Source: Octopus sinensis
Taxonomy: Eukaryota
NCBI RefSeq assembly: GCF_006345805.1
Contig: NC_042998.1
Span: 37,696,001-37,760,000, forward strand
DNA length: 64,000 bases
Direction: 5' to 3'
Both the position numbers and the translations under genes were made by a program. The notes beneath the pieces were generated by a model. It had not been told where the DNA came from. It worked only from the letters and a program-made list of their open reading frames with translations, and searched no databases. Positions 36,802 through 50,418 of this stretch are shown one piece after another. Numbering within the stretch: position 1 is the stretch's first letter; every line of letters starts with the position of its first letter.

Positions 36802-37005
36802 GTTAATCCAAACATGAAAACACAAAGAGAAAACATAACAACGAGAGGACGTGGAACAAGTATAGTATTATTGGACGCTCAGGAAAGAAGTAGGATCTAA
36901 CGTTTCGAGCGGAGACCCTCGTCAGAAACATAGGAAAAGGAAGGGAAGACGGAGGAAAAAAATCGCCAACGGTACACACGCGGTCACAATATTTCAATGT
37001 GTAGA
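36802..37005 (-). mobile_element. Penelope-pLTR-like mini-element family C with canonical hammerhead at 36895-36929
   Basis: GUUU-CUGACGA-GGGU-CUCC-GCUC-GAA-ACGU-U-AGAU; (TA)n flank. Confidence 0.7.
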
Positions 37006-37163
37006 CTATATTTATATACATGTAGTTGTATATACTAGACTAAGTACATAAATGTGTAACAAGATAGAGAAAATAGTACTGGAATACCGGAGGTAGAGTC
37101 ATATGCTTCATTAATAAAGCTGCAAAGACATGACTTTTTGCAGCTTTATTAATAAAGTATATT

Positions 37164-37196
<33 letters not shown>

Positions 37197-38326
37197 CTTT
37201 ATATATGTACATATATATATATATATAAATGTTAATATATACATATACGAATATATTTGTGTGTGTGTGTGTACGCGCATGTTTATCTGTATAGTTACAT
37301 ATATCGATATATGGAAAACTGCATAGACTATTTGTAAAAATAATTGGTGATTTTGTTTGATTTTTTTTGTTTTATTTTTTGTTTGTTTTTTTAACCTGCC
37401 AGTCTTTTAGACAGTTTATAGTTATTTCTGTACTCACGCTCCCCAACACGCGCTCACACTTCGTTTTATATGTGAATGTTTGCGTGTGAATGTGTATTTG
37501 TGCGTATTCAGAAACGCTTGTGTGTGTTGTGTGATTTAGTACCTGAAAAAATATAAGTATCCAGTATTTCTCACACAAGTCATACGAAGTTCTATTTATA
37601 ATTTAGTTGAAATTCAATTCCATTGGGTTACAATTAATGAACAGACGCAAGAATGTGTATCCTTTTTATCAAGCTAACGTTATTAACCTACATGTGTCCT
37701 TGCGTTTCTCTATAAACAAATATCGAATGTGTGTTTCTGTGTGTGTAGCTTTATATTACATTATGATTGCTTGACTTATACATACATATATATATACATA
37801 TATATATACGCATATACGTACATATACACGCCTACGCACTAACACACACGTGTTAATACATACATTCACACACACGGATACACATATATATATATATTTC
37901 AGAGACAAAGTGAGAGTCAGGTGTATGTCAGTTAGATAATTTTCCTCTCTCTTTCTCTCTCTCTACATATATATAAAGTCCAAATGAGGGTGAAAAATTA
38001 GATATTAATCTAATAACATCAATTCAACACCAGTGGTCTAGCGCATAAAAAACTGAGATTCAGTAAATATTATTTATACACAAATATGAGAGGGATCCAC
38101 TACGCTTATGCGGATCTCTTTTTAGCGTAAGGGCTTCCACATAGTGAATCCCTCTCATATTTATATATATATATATATAAAATACGGAGAAGAGGTGTTG
38201 AATGGTGGTTAAATAAGAAAATTAAAATATATAGGTATTCCAAATATACGACTGAATGATTGCAAATTTGCACAAGTAGAATAGTCAGGCCCCTTGATAA
38301 GTCTCATGGAGCACTGCATATATCAT

Positions 38327-38469
38327 TCGCCATGATAGATCGGTAGCCACTACACACATTTATTTTTTCTCTCCATGTTTCTTTCTGTGTTCGTCTCTGA
38401 GTGAAAGAGCGTAGGATCCAAATGTTAAAGGCTTTTACACTTCCCGAGCGTTATACCAATACTAATTCT

Positions 38470-38472
<3 letters not shown>
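38327..38472 (+). mobile_element. Mini-element family A, degenerate
   Basis: cgccatgatagatcggtagccactacacacatt start shared with 40880; hammerhead decayed. Confidence 0.7.
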
Positions 38473-38473
<1 letters not shown>

Positions 38474-38508
<35 letters not shown>

Positions 38509-38509
38509 C

Positions 38510-38540
<31 letters not shown>

Positions 38541-38702
38541 TGTATGTATGTATGTATGTATGTATGTATGTATGTATGTATGTATGTATGTATGTATGTA
38601 TGTATACATATGTATGTATGTATGTATGTATGTATACATATGTATGTATGTATGTATGTATGTATACATATGTATGTATGTATGTATGTATGTATATATA
38701 TA
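38474..38702. repeat. (TA)n/(TATG)n microsatellite
   Basis: Directly visible. Confidence 0.95.
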
Positions 38703-39696
38703 ATTCTCCTGTACACTCACTTGTAGCTTTGGAAACTGATAGCGAGAGACATCTTCATGTTTTAGGATATTGTCAGTAATTTCGTAATGCCATGTGCGTC
38801 GCCGCATTGGAGGCCGACACGCTGGCAACCCAACAGACTCTCTTTTACAAATATGCAATACACCTACAACTTGCTTTACGTATCCGATATCCTAGAACAC
38901 AGAGAAATCCCCAATGCATGAAGTGAAGATCCAGCAATAGATAGATCTAGTCGAAATTTGGTTGGACGACTTTAGTTGCCTCTATCGTAGGTTCATATTG
39001 TTCCCGTCAAATCCTCTGCACTTAATACCCTGGGTTACATAAGTATGAAATGAAATCGAGCGTGCGTAACATGATCGTGATAGGAAATGATTCGTGAGAC
39101 AGCAAATGTCTTCTGCATTGTCGGTGCTCTTTGATCTGTTGCTGGCTGCTCTACATTTCGTTCTTTATCATGTAGTAGCTTTCCGTTCTGCAATATATTT
39201 TCACTGGCGAACAATCTACAACAATACTTATTCTACACGTGTTTAGGAACTACATCCGCCTATAGTTACCACACGGAAAACGTCTCCAAAATGGGGAAAC
39301 GGCCCACACATATACGCTAAGGTGCACGCATACATGTAAAGCGAGAGGCAGAAAGACAAGGACATAACCAGAGAGAAATGGAAATACAGAAAAATGTTCC
39401 AACATTTCATGCCTCTAATAATTGCTTCTGTGCTTAACTTCTAATTGTCACCATCCATTGCATTGCGATTATTTGTGTATACATATACTGAGATACTTGT
39501 AAATGTACACACACAAATACAGATTCTAGGCGTGCACCTGCTGAGTCTGTTAATTGAAAGTGGCATTTTGAATTATTATAATTTAAATAGCAGAGGAAGA
39601 CAGAATTTACCCAGCCTGAGGCGTTATACGCAGCGAACTACAATTACAATTCCTCCGCTACACCAGCATACATTATGAAATTGAAAATGTGTCCAT

Positions 39697-39760
<64 letters not shown>

Positions 39761-40629
39761 TATATGTGTGTGGGGGGTGTATGTGTGCGCATGTTTCTGT
39801 ATGTGTATACATATATATGTATGTATATAATTTCTTGAACTTCATAGCTGATACGAATGATATTATGCTTATATACAATCTATAGTCTTCAAACCGGCCT
39901 AGAGCAATTTTCATTATATTTATGGAATATGAACATATTTATATGTATGAATCAGTAAAATATTATTAGATTATTTCCTTTCGATAATAATCAAAGCATT
40001 TATGTAGCAGTTAATTTCATGCTTTTCTCAATTCTAAATATCTTTTGTTAACATTTTACTGAATTAGTGTATTGAACAACGAATTAGTGCGGCCAAAGAT
40101 TTTGTGAACGATATAAGGCCGCAGAACGAGGATTCTGGCAGATTTATTCGGTCCCTGGGTGAGTTTAGGTACCGAGAAATAAATTACCTGTCCTTGTACA
40201 ACAATTTCCACACACAATCTTCGCCTTTGACACAGGTAAGATGCAAACATATGCAACACAAGCTTATATATATATATATATATATACAATTTCATAAACT
40301 CACTCATACACACACACACACACATATATATATATGCATGCATGCATACAGATAGATAGATGGATGGCTATATGACAAGCTTTGTCTTAGAGAACAACTC
40401 ATCCGTCTGGATTTTATACACTTCCTGTCAACCCAACTTCAGGGAGAAAGTATGTACCACTGAAGCTATAGAGATTGACGTTTGCCCTCCAAGATTGATC
40501 TAAGCATTATGACATCGAAACGAATTTCCCAGTTATTCACTCATATTCTGCCTCTATATATTTAAGCGTCCATGTGTATGTATGAGTATATATATATATA
40601 TATACATATATTATATATTATATATATAT

Positions 40630-40660
<31 letters not shown>

Positions 40661-40879
40661 GCGTAGATAACTTAAAAATGTATGATAGATTGCAGTCAAT
40701 TCATTCTCTCTTACCTGTTTGTGTCTGCCTTCCAATTGCTGTTTTTACTGAGATCTCCCTTTTTAGTAGAAGAAATAGCTATAACCCTTTGACTGCTATT
40801 TCTAAATTCGGTATGTGGTAAGGCAATTCGTTGCTAAACCCTTTATTGCTTAGTATTACTTATATATATATATATATAT

Positions 40880-41085
40880 GAGTCGCCATGATAGATCGTT
40901 AGCCACTACACACATTTTTTCTCTCCTTGTTTTTCTCCTTGTTTTTTTTTCTGTGTCCCTTTCTGTAGAAGAGAGTAGGCTCGAAACGTAAAAGACTTTT
41001 TCTATTCCTGAGCGTTATACTAATACATCTGTTTGTTTTCTACACCACCTGTCTTCGTCTTTTGTTTTTTTCGTAAACTCTCCCT
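40880..41085 (+). mobile_element. Mini-element family A, full length, hammerhead at 40959-40994
   Basis: gtcgccatgatagatcg...ttcgtaaactctccc between (TA)n tracts. Confidence 0.85.
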
Positions 41086-42176
41086 ATATATATGTATGTA
41101 TGTATGTATGTATATGTATGTATCAATGCATACGTATGTGCGTGTGGTGTGCGTGTCAAGGTGTGTATATCCGTATATTTTTGCTTCAATCAAATTCCAT
41201 TCCCATGACAAGCTTCATCCTTCATCAACTGCGAAAGTACTTGAGTAATGTATTACGCAGTACGCTGATCGACTTCGTAAACCTAGAGCTGCGATGCAAT
41301 GCTACACACCTAGCAGCTATGGCTGTTCTCATAGCTTTCAGTAAGAATATTTTGCATATCAGAATGCGATTTCTTAAAACATTACATTAATGCTGCCTCT
41401 TTTACCAAATGTTTGCTCACGAAAATCAATCACAACATGAACGTATTCCTTATGAAAACAAATGAATCTTTTTTTCTGTTTTTTTTTTATGCTACATTGT
41501 CCAATTACAAAACACTGCAGAGATTGGCAGATTTGAAAGTATGTCTTAGAAAGTATTAATCGTGTGCTGTGTTTCCTAAATTATAATCCATCACAGACTA
41601 AATGGAAAAGAGATTTTATACAATTTTGGTACACAAACATATATAAGATTTCTTTAAATATTTGAAGAACATATTTGGCATCTACAGTTCTGTTGGATCA
41701 GTGAGACAACCAAAATACGAAAAAAAGTTTTTAAAAAAACTAGGCCACTCGAAATTCTATCAATAGTCGACAAGAGAAACAATAATTTTAAAAGCCAAAC
41801 ACCGGAAAGATATCGATATCCTAAGGTAACTTTACGATATCCAATGTCTCAAGAAAATGGCTTTCTCTTTTCCACCGAGCTATTTAACATATTTGAGTAG
41901 TGCTTGATCACGTTCCAATTTCATCTCAAGTATTGAGTACGGATACTTGCCTCTGTGTCTTTGGGCACACACACGCGCACACGTATAGAAAACAAACACA
42001 CACACACACACACACAATGTGTGCGACTCTTAATTTCTGTTTTAAGGTAGGTATGTAATCTCTATGTATGTTTGCGTGTGCAAATGTGTGTATATATTTG
42101 TATATGTATGTGTGTGTGCGCGCGCGTATATGTGAAGCCGAATTCTGTTTATCTGCATCAATACTAGCTCTCTCTT

Positions 42177-42220
<44 letters not shown>

Positions 42221-42279
42221 AACGGATATTCTAATCCCTTAGACGGTTATTCCAACCGTTAACCACTTTCCTACATATA

Positions 42280-42367
42280 TATATATGTGTATTTATGTGC
42301 ATATATGTATGTGTGTATATATATATATATAATATATATATATATATATGTATGTATGTATGTATGT

Positions 42368-42440
<73 letters not shown>

Positions 42441-42441
42441 G

Positions 42442-42474
<33 letters not shown>

Positions 42475-42573
42475 ATATATATATTATATATATATATGTA
42501 TGTATATGTATATATATATATATGTATGTATATATATATATGTATGTATGTTATATATATATATATAATATAT

Positions 42574-42642
<69 letters not shown>

Positions 42643-42643
42643 G

Positions 42644-42674
<31 letters not shown>

Positions 42675-42698
42675 GTTATGTATATATATATGTATATA
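42280..42698. repeat. Large compound (TA)n/(TATG)n microsatellite
   Basis: Directly visible. Confidence 0.95.
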
Positions 42699-42699
42699 T

Positions 42700-43220
42700 T
42701 TTTTTCATCCCGCAGGGTGTCCAATAAACACCCTCCTCACCAAGCAAGCTTGGTGGGGTTGCCGGTTTAGTCGCCGACGACCCGACCATGCAACAGGTTG
42801 CACTGGATTACATGTTACCAGTAGCACTCGAAAGTGACCTTGAGAGTCAACGACCATCCAATAAATGTCTTAAGGATGTATCATGCGCAGAGACATAGAA
42901 ATAATCGGACTGACTACCCGATCGCGCAGTTAAACCATTGGGAGTGAAGGACTCCGAGCCTTTGTTAGGGCATCCTTCTAGGAGAAGGTAACTCAGGTAA
43001 CTGGGATAACTCCGACATAAAACCTGCGGCTCAGTGGTTACTGATGCTGTTGACTTGTTCTTCTTTTCGGATTATGGCTGATGTTGCTTAGTGAGTGGGA
43101 TTGACTCAGGGTACAGCCCTTCCTCACTTTAAAAAAATCTTCTTGCACAGGCATTGCACGATAACAACATTGATTAAGCTTCGTGCAATGGCCATACTCG
43201 ATAACGAGTGGGCAGCCACC

Positions 43221-43221
<1 letters not shown>
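42700..43221 (+). mobile_element. Bipartite non-autonomous RTE-like element (5'UTR fused to 3' end)
   Basis: gggcatccttctaggagaaggtaactc resembles an RTE 5'UTR motif; ends gtgggcagccacca(TA)n; no ORF. Confidence 0.6.
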
Positions 43222-43264
<43 letters not shown>

Positions 43265-43285
43265 ATATATATATATATATGTGTT

Positions 43286-43316
<31 letters not shown>

Positions 43317-43352
43317 TTTATATATATATATATGTGTGTGTGTGTGTGCGTG

Positions 43353-43408
<56 letters not shown>

Positions 43409-44570
43409 TATATATTATATTATAGTATATTATATTGCATGCTGTCCGTGTATTATACCCTTGTAAGCGATAGTGTTTGTATGCACAAGAAATATATTCT
43501 GCGAACAAATGTTACTTATGACCATTTGAAGCAAGGTTTCGAAATCGACCGTTATAGATATGTAGTTTCTGCAACCCGTATGACTTTACATTCGACCATT
43601 ACTTTACTCGCATAATTTAGTTTTTTCTGAGCAGAGATAATGTTGTAGTGATGTTTAAGGTTTTATTTCTTGTGATGCGTATTTACATGAACACAAAAAT
43701 GCACAATTTTACATTTTTAACTGATTGATTCATGCAGGTTTTTGAGTATCTGCGTAATTACATCTTACGAATTTAGTTGGTCGATCAACTAATTCTCCTG
43801 CTCTTTAATGAACCTCTTATAATAGAGCATTTCACGAGCAGGTGTAAACAACGTAATTCTAAAGTGTAATTGGCGTGGCACCGTGTATTACAAGCTTTCC
43901 ACGGGGATTAGAGGCGCAATTTACCCAACGGATTTCCGTAGAGTTTCTGCGTGCCCATACTCAGAAGGTTTGGGCCAACTCAACGCTACAAAATATTGCA
44001 ACTTCCCAAAGGCTGTTGCTGTGTGATCGACTACAGGGCAGCCGTACTTGCTAAGCAAATTTGTTAACTATTCAGCCATCCTGCGTTTGTTTAAACGATT
44101 TCATGCATTATTCATGCAAGCATACAAATACACACACAAACACACACTGATATGTATTTTTGTTTTGCTCCTCCTAGTGACCCAAATTTGCATTAGGCAT
44201 ATGATTAGTGAAATTTTAAAAGAATAACTTCAGCTCGTTTTGATTATTTATATGTCAATTGAATACAAAAATTAGTTATGTATTTTGGCATAACATTCCT
44301 GTTTCAAAGAACCTAAAAACAGTAACATGCGGTAAACACAGTACATTAACAGTTCCCAGAATGCTACTCTGTCGCTATTGTTCAATAATTAAACTTTCTT
44401 TTAACGAATATTTGCTGCTACTTCAAACCCATAAAAAGGCTGATTGTTCGAAGAGTACATATTTGGTCTTAAACGGCATTTGATGAAGTGAGAGTAGATA
44501 TTACTTGATGCTAATGCAGCTTTATGGCACGTGTGTGTATAGTAAGTATGTATGCCCATATATATATATA

Positions 44571-44799
44571 TATTATTGTCCACAAGGGGATAAACATAGA
44601 GGGGACAAACAGGGACAGACAAACGGATTAAGTCGATTACATCAACCTCAGTGCGTAACTGGTACTTAATTTAATCGACCCCGAAAGGGTGAAAGGCAAA
44701 GTGGACCACGGCGGAATTTGAACTCAGAACGTAGCGGCAGACGAAATACCACTAAGCATTTCGCCCGATGTGCTAACGTTTCTGCCAGCTCGCCGCCTT
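44571..44799 (-). mobile_element. SINE-M, full length
   Basis: Matches the 36050 copy throughout. Confidence 0.92.
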
Positions 44800-45956
44800 A
44801 TATATCAACACATATACATGTATATAATATGTATCCATGAATCCTTACGAGTGTATCTTCATGTGTGTAGGTGGGAGTATTTCAGATGTGTTCAGTCTGT
44901 TAAGGAATACACACTCAGTCAAACCCTCTGCTAGTGATGTCTCAAATTGCTTTTCTAATGTAAAATACGGAGTGAGATAAGGTACTTTAGCGCCAGAAGA
45001 CACTCAAGCTTGTTTAGATTCCAACTTTTAAGTTTACCTCATTTAGACTCGCTGCACAATCTAAATTAGTTCTCTATACCTTTCATGAAATGTGCAAATA
45101 CGGAATATTCAGTGCTTCCTCAAAGATTGTTTGGTTTATGGGCCTCTTCATATGGACGAACATTTGAGCAATTCCAATGTATTTATGGAGAATTGATTCC
45201 TTCTGCAATATGGCTTTATGCAGGCCTCTGGATCTGTTGCTGCATTTTCGTTAAATATTTCACACATATCACTTCTGAATGATTAACGCACAAGGAAATA
45301 TTTTATTGGGAATAATATAAACCAGTAATCTCAGGATATATCTTCTTAGCAAAATAAAAGCTCATAATAAAGAATAGTATATGTCATCTGAAAGGTATAT
45401 TTATCTTATCTGTGTATTAAAAAGAGCAATAATAGTATTGATTGCTGTCGAGACCAAACATTATATACTATAAAATCGATTAAGCTTTTTATTTCTTTGT
45501 GTACACAAGTGTGTTTGTTTTTTGGTGTGTCTCTGTGTATTTGCGTACGAGTCTTTTCACATGTGTTTCCTATGCATACTCACAAGATACAAGCAAAAAT
45601 GCACACAGCGATACAAAGTATGGTCGAAGGTGGCTTGCATTGCAGAGATAAAGACGCTCCTCAACCATCGTTATTACTGTTTTGTGACAACGGAGTTGTG
45701 AAATGATTTCTACAGAAGTAATTTCAGCTCAACATATCAAGTATATTCGGTAATAAAAATTTTACAGCTACCATTTTCTTAAGAAATTAGTTGCAGAATA
45801 ACAGTCTAATTATATATGGAACCGTTTAAGATACAGTACTTCATTGATCTATGAACTATTATATGTATGGCTTAGTTTTACGCAGAATAACGCTAATATA
45901 CTACGGCAATAAGCAGATACATACATGCATGTATGCATATATATATATAATATATG

Positions 45957-46242
45957 TGGAGGCGCAATCGCCTAGTGGTTAGGGCAGCAGACTCGCGGTC
46001 GTAGGATCGCGGTTTCGATTCCCAGACCGGGCTTTGTGAGTGTTTATTGAGCGAAAAACACCTAAAGCCCCACGAGGCTCCGGCAGGGGGTGGTGGCGAT
46101 CCCTGCTGTACTCTTTCGCTACAACTTTTTCTCACTCTTTCTTCGGTTGGCCTACTCGCTTAGCCAGCGGGGTGGCGTCATTTGTGACCAGCGATTTATA
46201 ACAACATCTTATAGCCTGGTCGGTCACGGTGATCACGGTGAT
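45957..46242 (+). mobile_element. SINE-R with small internal deletion
   Basis: ggaggcgcaatcgcctagtggttaggg...ggtcacggtgatcacggtgatata. Confidence 0.92.
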
Positions 46243-46319
46243 ATATATATACATACACACACAAATACATAGACAGAATAAAATACATTTTTCTGTAAAA
46301 GGTGTGAGTGAAAAATGGA

Positions 46320-46715
46320 CGGGTCAAGCGTGGTTGGGTGGTAAGAAGTTTACTTTTGAACGACATGGTTCTGAGTTCAATCCAAACGGAATCTTAGACA
46401 AGTATTTTCTGTCATAGCGTCAGTATGACCAAATCCTTGGGAATGGATTCAGTAGGCAGAAACCGAAAGACGCCTGTTGTATACTGTATGTGTGTGTGTG
46501 TGTGTGTATGTTTGCGTCGGCGCTTGACCATCACCAACACGTGACAACCGATGTTCTTTTATTTACGTCCCGCAACGTAGCGTTTCGGCAAAAGAGACCG
46601 ACAGAATAAGTACGAAATTATAAGCACTAAGTTCAATTCATTCGACCCTAAAAGTTCAAGGCGGTACTCCAGCATGGCCGCAATCTGATGATTGAGACAA
46701 GCTAAAGAGAACAGA
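46320..46715 (+). mobile_element. SINE-C, diverged
   Basis: acatggttctgagttcaa head; caaggcggtactccagcatggccgc tail. Confidence 0.75.
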
Positions 46716-48241
46716 TTATTAGCAACACCGCACCTCCTCCACCACCACCGCCCCACACACATACACATATCTTTGAGTCGTAATTGGTTGGATAACAAGT
46801 TATTGTGTCCTTCCGATTCAAACCCCTCTGCGTAGTCAATATTGTTGCTACAACAAATAAGTACTGGCAACCGTTTTAGGTTCCTTTGCGAAGTCATTCA
46901 TCTTTTAGAGAATTAACCTGTCTGTTTGAAATTAATTGTAATAGTTTCGATTTCATACGAAGCAGAAGAATGTAGATAAATGTTAGCAATAACAGGGGAT
47001 AAGCGCAAACGATATTGAGTCATGACGGCTCTCTGCATTTAGTCTGACATTCGGCTCGTTCTATTAATTCCACACATTTTAATAGCTCAATAGTACAGAA
47101 TAGAAGAAAGAAAACTTAAACAGATCAATGCAATGAAATAAAGGAGGTAAGAATTTTACCGATTTGAGCCGTAAAATTTAATGCTCTACCTAAGTGCAAA
47201 GAAAGAAGTTAGATCGGCGTTCTGTAGTTTCTGCTGAATAACTATACGTACATGCATACATAACACAGATACATACATACATACATACATAATACACACA
47301 CGTATAACTGCTTCGAAATCTCCTGCTTCTATATCCCGATCAAAATTTACATTTATACCTATAATAATTGGAACACTTCGTTTTGTAAGTAGACGCCTTA
47401 GATTTTCAGATAAAGAAATCAGCCACCTGACACGCACACTACAAATTCAATCTGTAAGTGGAACAGTAAAAGTATGCAAGACTTTACTTAGGTTTGAAAC
47501 GTAATATTGTTTTCGTTATCTACATTCTAACTATGGGGCATTGAATCTTTATTAGTTATCAGCTCCTTCAGAAGAATAAGAATTTATATTATTAAAACAG
47601 CAGAGAAACATATATGTGTACGTGCGCGTGTGTGCTTAACCATATATATATATATAGCTTGCTTATATATATATAGTATGGGGTGGGGAACTCTAACTGA
47701 AGTTAATATTCAGCTATTAGCATAAGAACGTGACCCTATATTTCGTATGTAATTTATTGTCATGACTATAACAACTAGCACTTTGATAATCTTTTTGTAC
47801 AACATTTCCTCTACCAACATACATAACTGTAACACATCTGGAATACTTTCAGGAGAATAAATGTTTCTTTTTCCATTGACTGGTCTTTGAGTATATTCAT
47901 TAGCTATTGTAAAATGTCATTGAAATCAGCGTCAAACGCGATGTTTTCGGACGATCTGTTTCAGTAAAAGAATGTGTTGGCTCATTCTGAGTATTTCAAA
48001 TTTTGGTTCAACTTGCCAAAAGAGCGTCATGGAATCGTTGCAAGAAAATTATGGTCGTTCAAAGAATATGAAACAAGTGACAATGATATCGTGTTTCACG
48101 CACTCATTAGATGTTGGAGTAAAATATATTGCTCAATTTGCTTTATATATATATATATATATATATATACATCGACTTACACACACACACACAGGTAGGA
48201 ACATATATACTCACATGAAGATATGTATATGATATTGTGTC

Positions 48242-48274
<33 letters not shown>

Positions 48275-48581
48275 ATTTATATGGATGGATGGATGGATGG
48301 ATGTATGTATGAAAGTCACATACGAATATATGTATGCGTATGTGTGGCTTGCTTATGTTCAGAGTGCATGTGTATACATACATGTACTTCACTAAATAGC
48401 TATACGTATACAAACCTTGACATGCGCATAACTGTATACACCTGTTGTGCGTATAATAAAGCGGAGATATATATACTACTATTTGTCACCATAAATCATA
48501 TATTGAAACACATACCGCGTACATAAATGCCTCTGTCTCCCTCTCTCTTTCTTTCTCTCTCACTATATATATATATATATA

Positions 48582-48612
<31 letters not shown>

Positions 48613-48791
48613 CCTACACACATACCTTCGTGTATTAAAGTAATTATATTCATTCCAGTTCAGTCAATCTGTCCGTTACAATTTACCTCGTCGACATTTA
48701 CAATTTTTTTTTTCAGTTGAAAATTGCTGCACGATCGTTCATGTTCGTTGCTTAAATTACTCTCTATCCTAATCTGCTTTCATAAGTAACT

Positions 48792-48840
<49 letters not shown>

Positions 48841-50000
48841 CCTCCCTCTCTCTATCTTCTCGTGTGTATTCGTGTGTGCGTGCGTGTGTACGTTTCTATG
48901 ACGAAAGCAAACTCCGAATCGCTGTCCTTGGCGAAGAAAACAAATATAACGGATTTGTTTTCTTCTACGAGAATAAAAAAAGTTGTTGCTAGAATCTTCG
49001 ATACGGTATTGGAGATTACATTGCTCTCACAGACTGACTTACATATCATGGGACATTCTTTCACGGATAATAACTAATTTAGTAGTTGAAACCAAAATTC
49101 CAATTAACTGAACGCATATGAATTATCCGATGCTCCTTTTTTTAGCAGCTGCAAAGTGTTCTAAACCATTTCATACAAGTATATATAACTGCGTGTCCTG
49201 GCGCTGGGGCGATTCTAATGCTTTGGCCCAAACAAACTAGAGGCTATGATTGGTTAGCGGACCCAACAGTTGACTATTTAGTAGTTGTCATGTCTGCTTG
49301 ATATTTTGGACCCCCAGCCGCACCCGTTACACACCAGTTATTCATATCAGCCACACATTGTTAGGAACACTTTGCAAAGTAAATGCTTGTATAATTTGCA
49401 GAAATGTACTCACGTAGCAGCTTGAAACTGAAAAAAGTTACCGTAGTTATTGATTGCTACTTTATACTCGCTGTTACTAAACCAAGTGAAACATTCAGTG
49501 ATGGTTTGATGAGAGAATGCATTAAACTGTTCTCTCCTCGCGAATCCACTGAATGATGGTGAACAGGTTGGTGGGGCCAGAATGTTAACGGTCCATTTTG
49601 GTCACGATAGTGTAACATTTTCCGAGAAAGAGAGAGGTGAGGAAAGAATCAGCGAAAAGGTGGCGGGGATGGTACAAGGAGCGTTATCAGACTCGAAGAA
49701 ATCATAATCGATGTCCAGGATGTTATTCCAACTTGGACGCAGAGAGAAGAAACAAATGTTGCTATTTATAATATCTCACACCTAAGCAAAGCTACGTGAT
49801 TCATTTTTCTTCATGAACCGAAAGGATTGGAATTTTTTTTTAGTATTGAATGAATTTTGCAAAATAACCACAACATGAGCCGCACTTCTATTATATACGA
49901 GAGAAGCTAAAGCATGTTTTAATATCACATCAATATGAACTAAGCTCATTTACTCAATAGACTGACTCAGTCACAGCAACAAGGAGAATGTATTAATATG

Positions 50001-50418
50001 TATTACTTTACTGCCCACAAGGGGGTAAACATAGAGGGGACAAACAAGGAAGACAAGCGGATTAAGTCGATTACATCGACACCAGTGCGTAACTGGTACT
50101 TAATTTATCGACCCCAAAAGGATGAAAGGCAAAGTCGACCTCAGTGGAATTTGAACTCAGAACGTAACGGCAGACAAATGCCCATTTCTTTACTACCCAC
50201 AAGAGGCTAAACAAAGAGGGGACAAACAAGGACAGACAGACGGATTAAGTCGATTGCATCGACCCCAGTGCGTATCTGGTACTTAATTTATCGACCCCGA
50301 AGGGATGAAAGGCAAAGTCGACCTCGGCGGAATTTGAACACTGAACGTAACGGCAGACGAAATACGGCTACGCATTTCGCCCGGTGTGCTAACGTTTCTG
50401 CCAGCTCGCCACCTTCAC
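50001..50418 (-). mobile_element. SINE-M 1.7-mer with perfect 14-bp TSD
   Basis: aatgtattaatatg at 49987-50000 and 50419-50432; junction near 50176-50189. Confidence 0.92.

Noticed and set aside
38710-39400. Possible Gypsy integrase remnant on the minus strand
   Set aside because: Only scattered weak similarities; not supportable without a profile search
38462-43615. Many ORFs of poly-YI/VC/HT/MYVC type here and throughout the track
   Set aside because: They are translations of (TA)n, (TG)n and (TATG)n microsatellites
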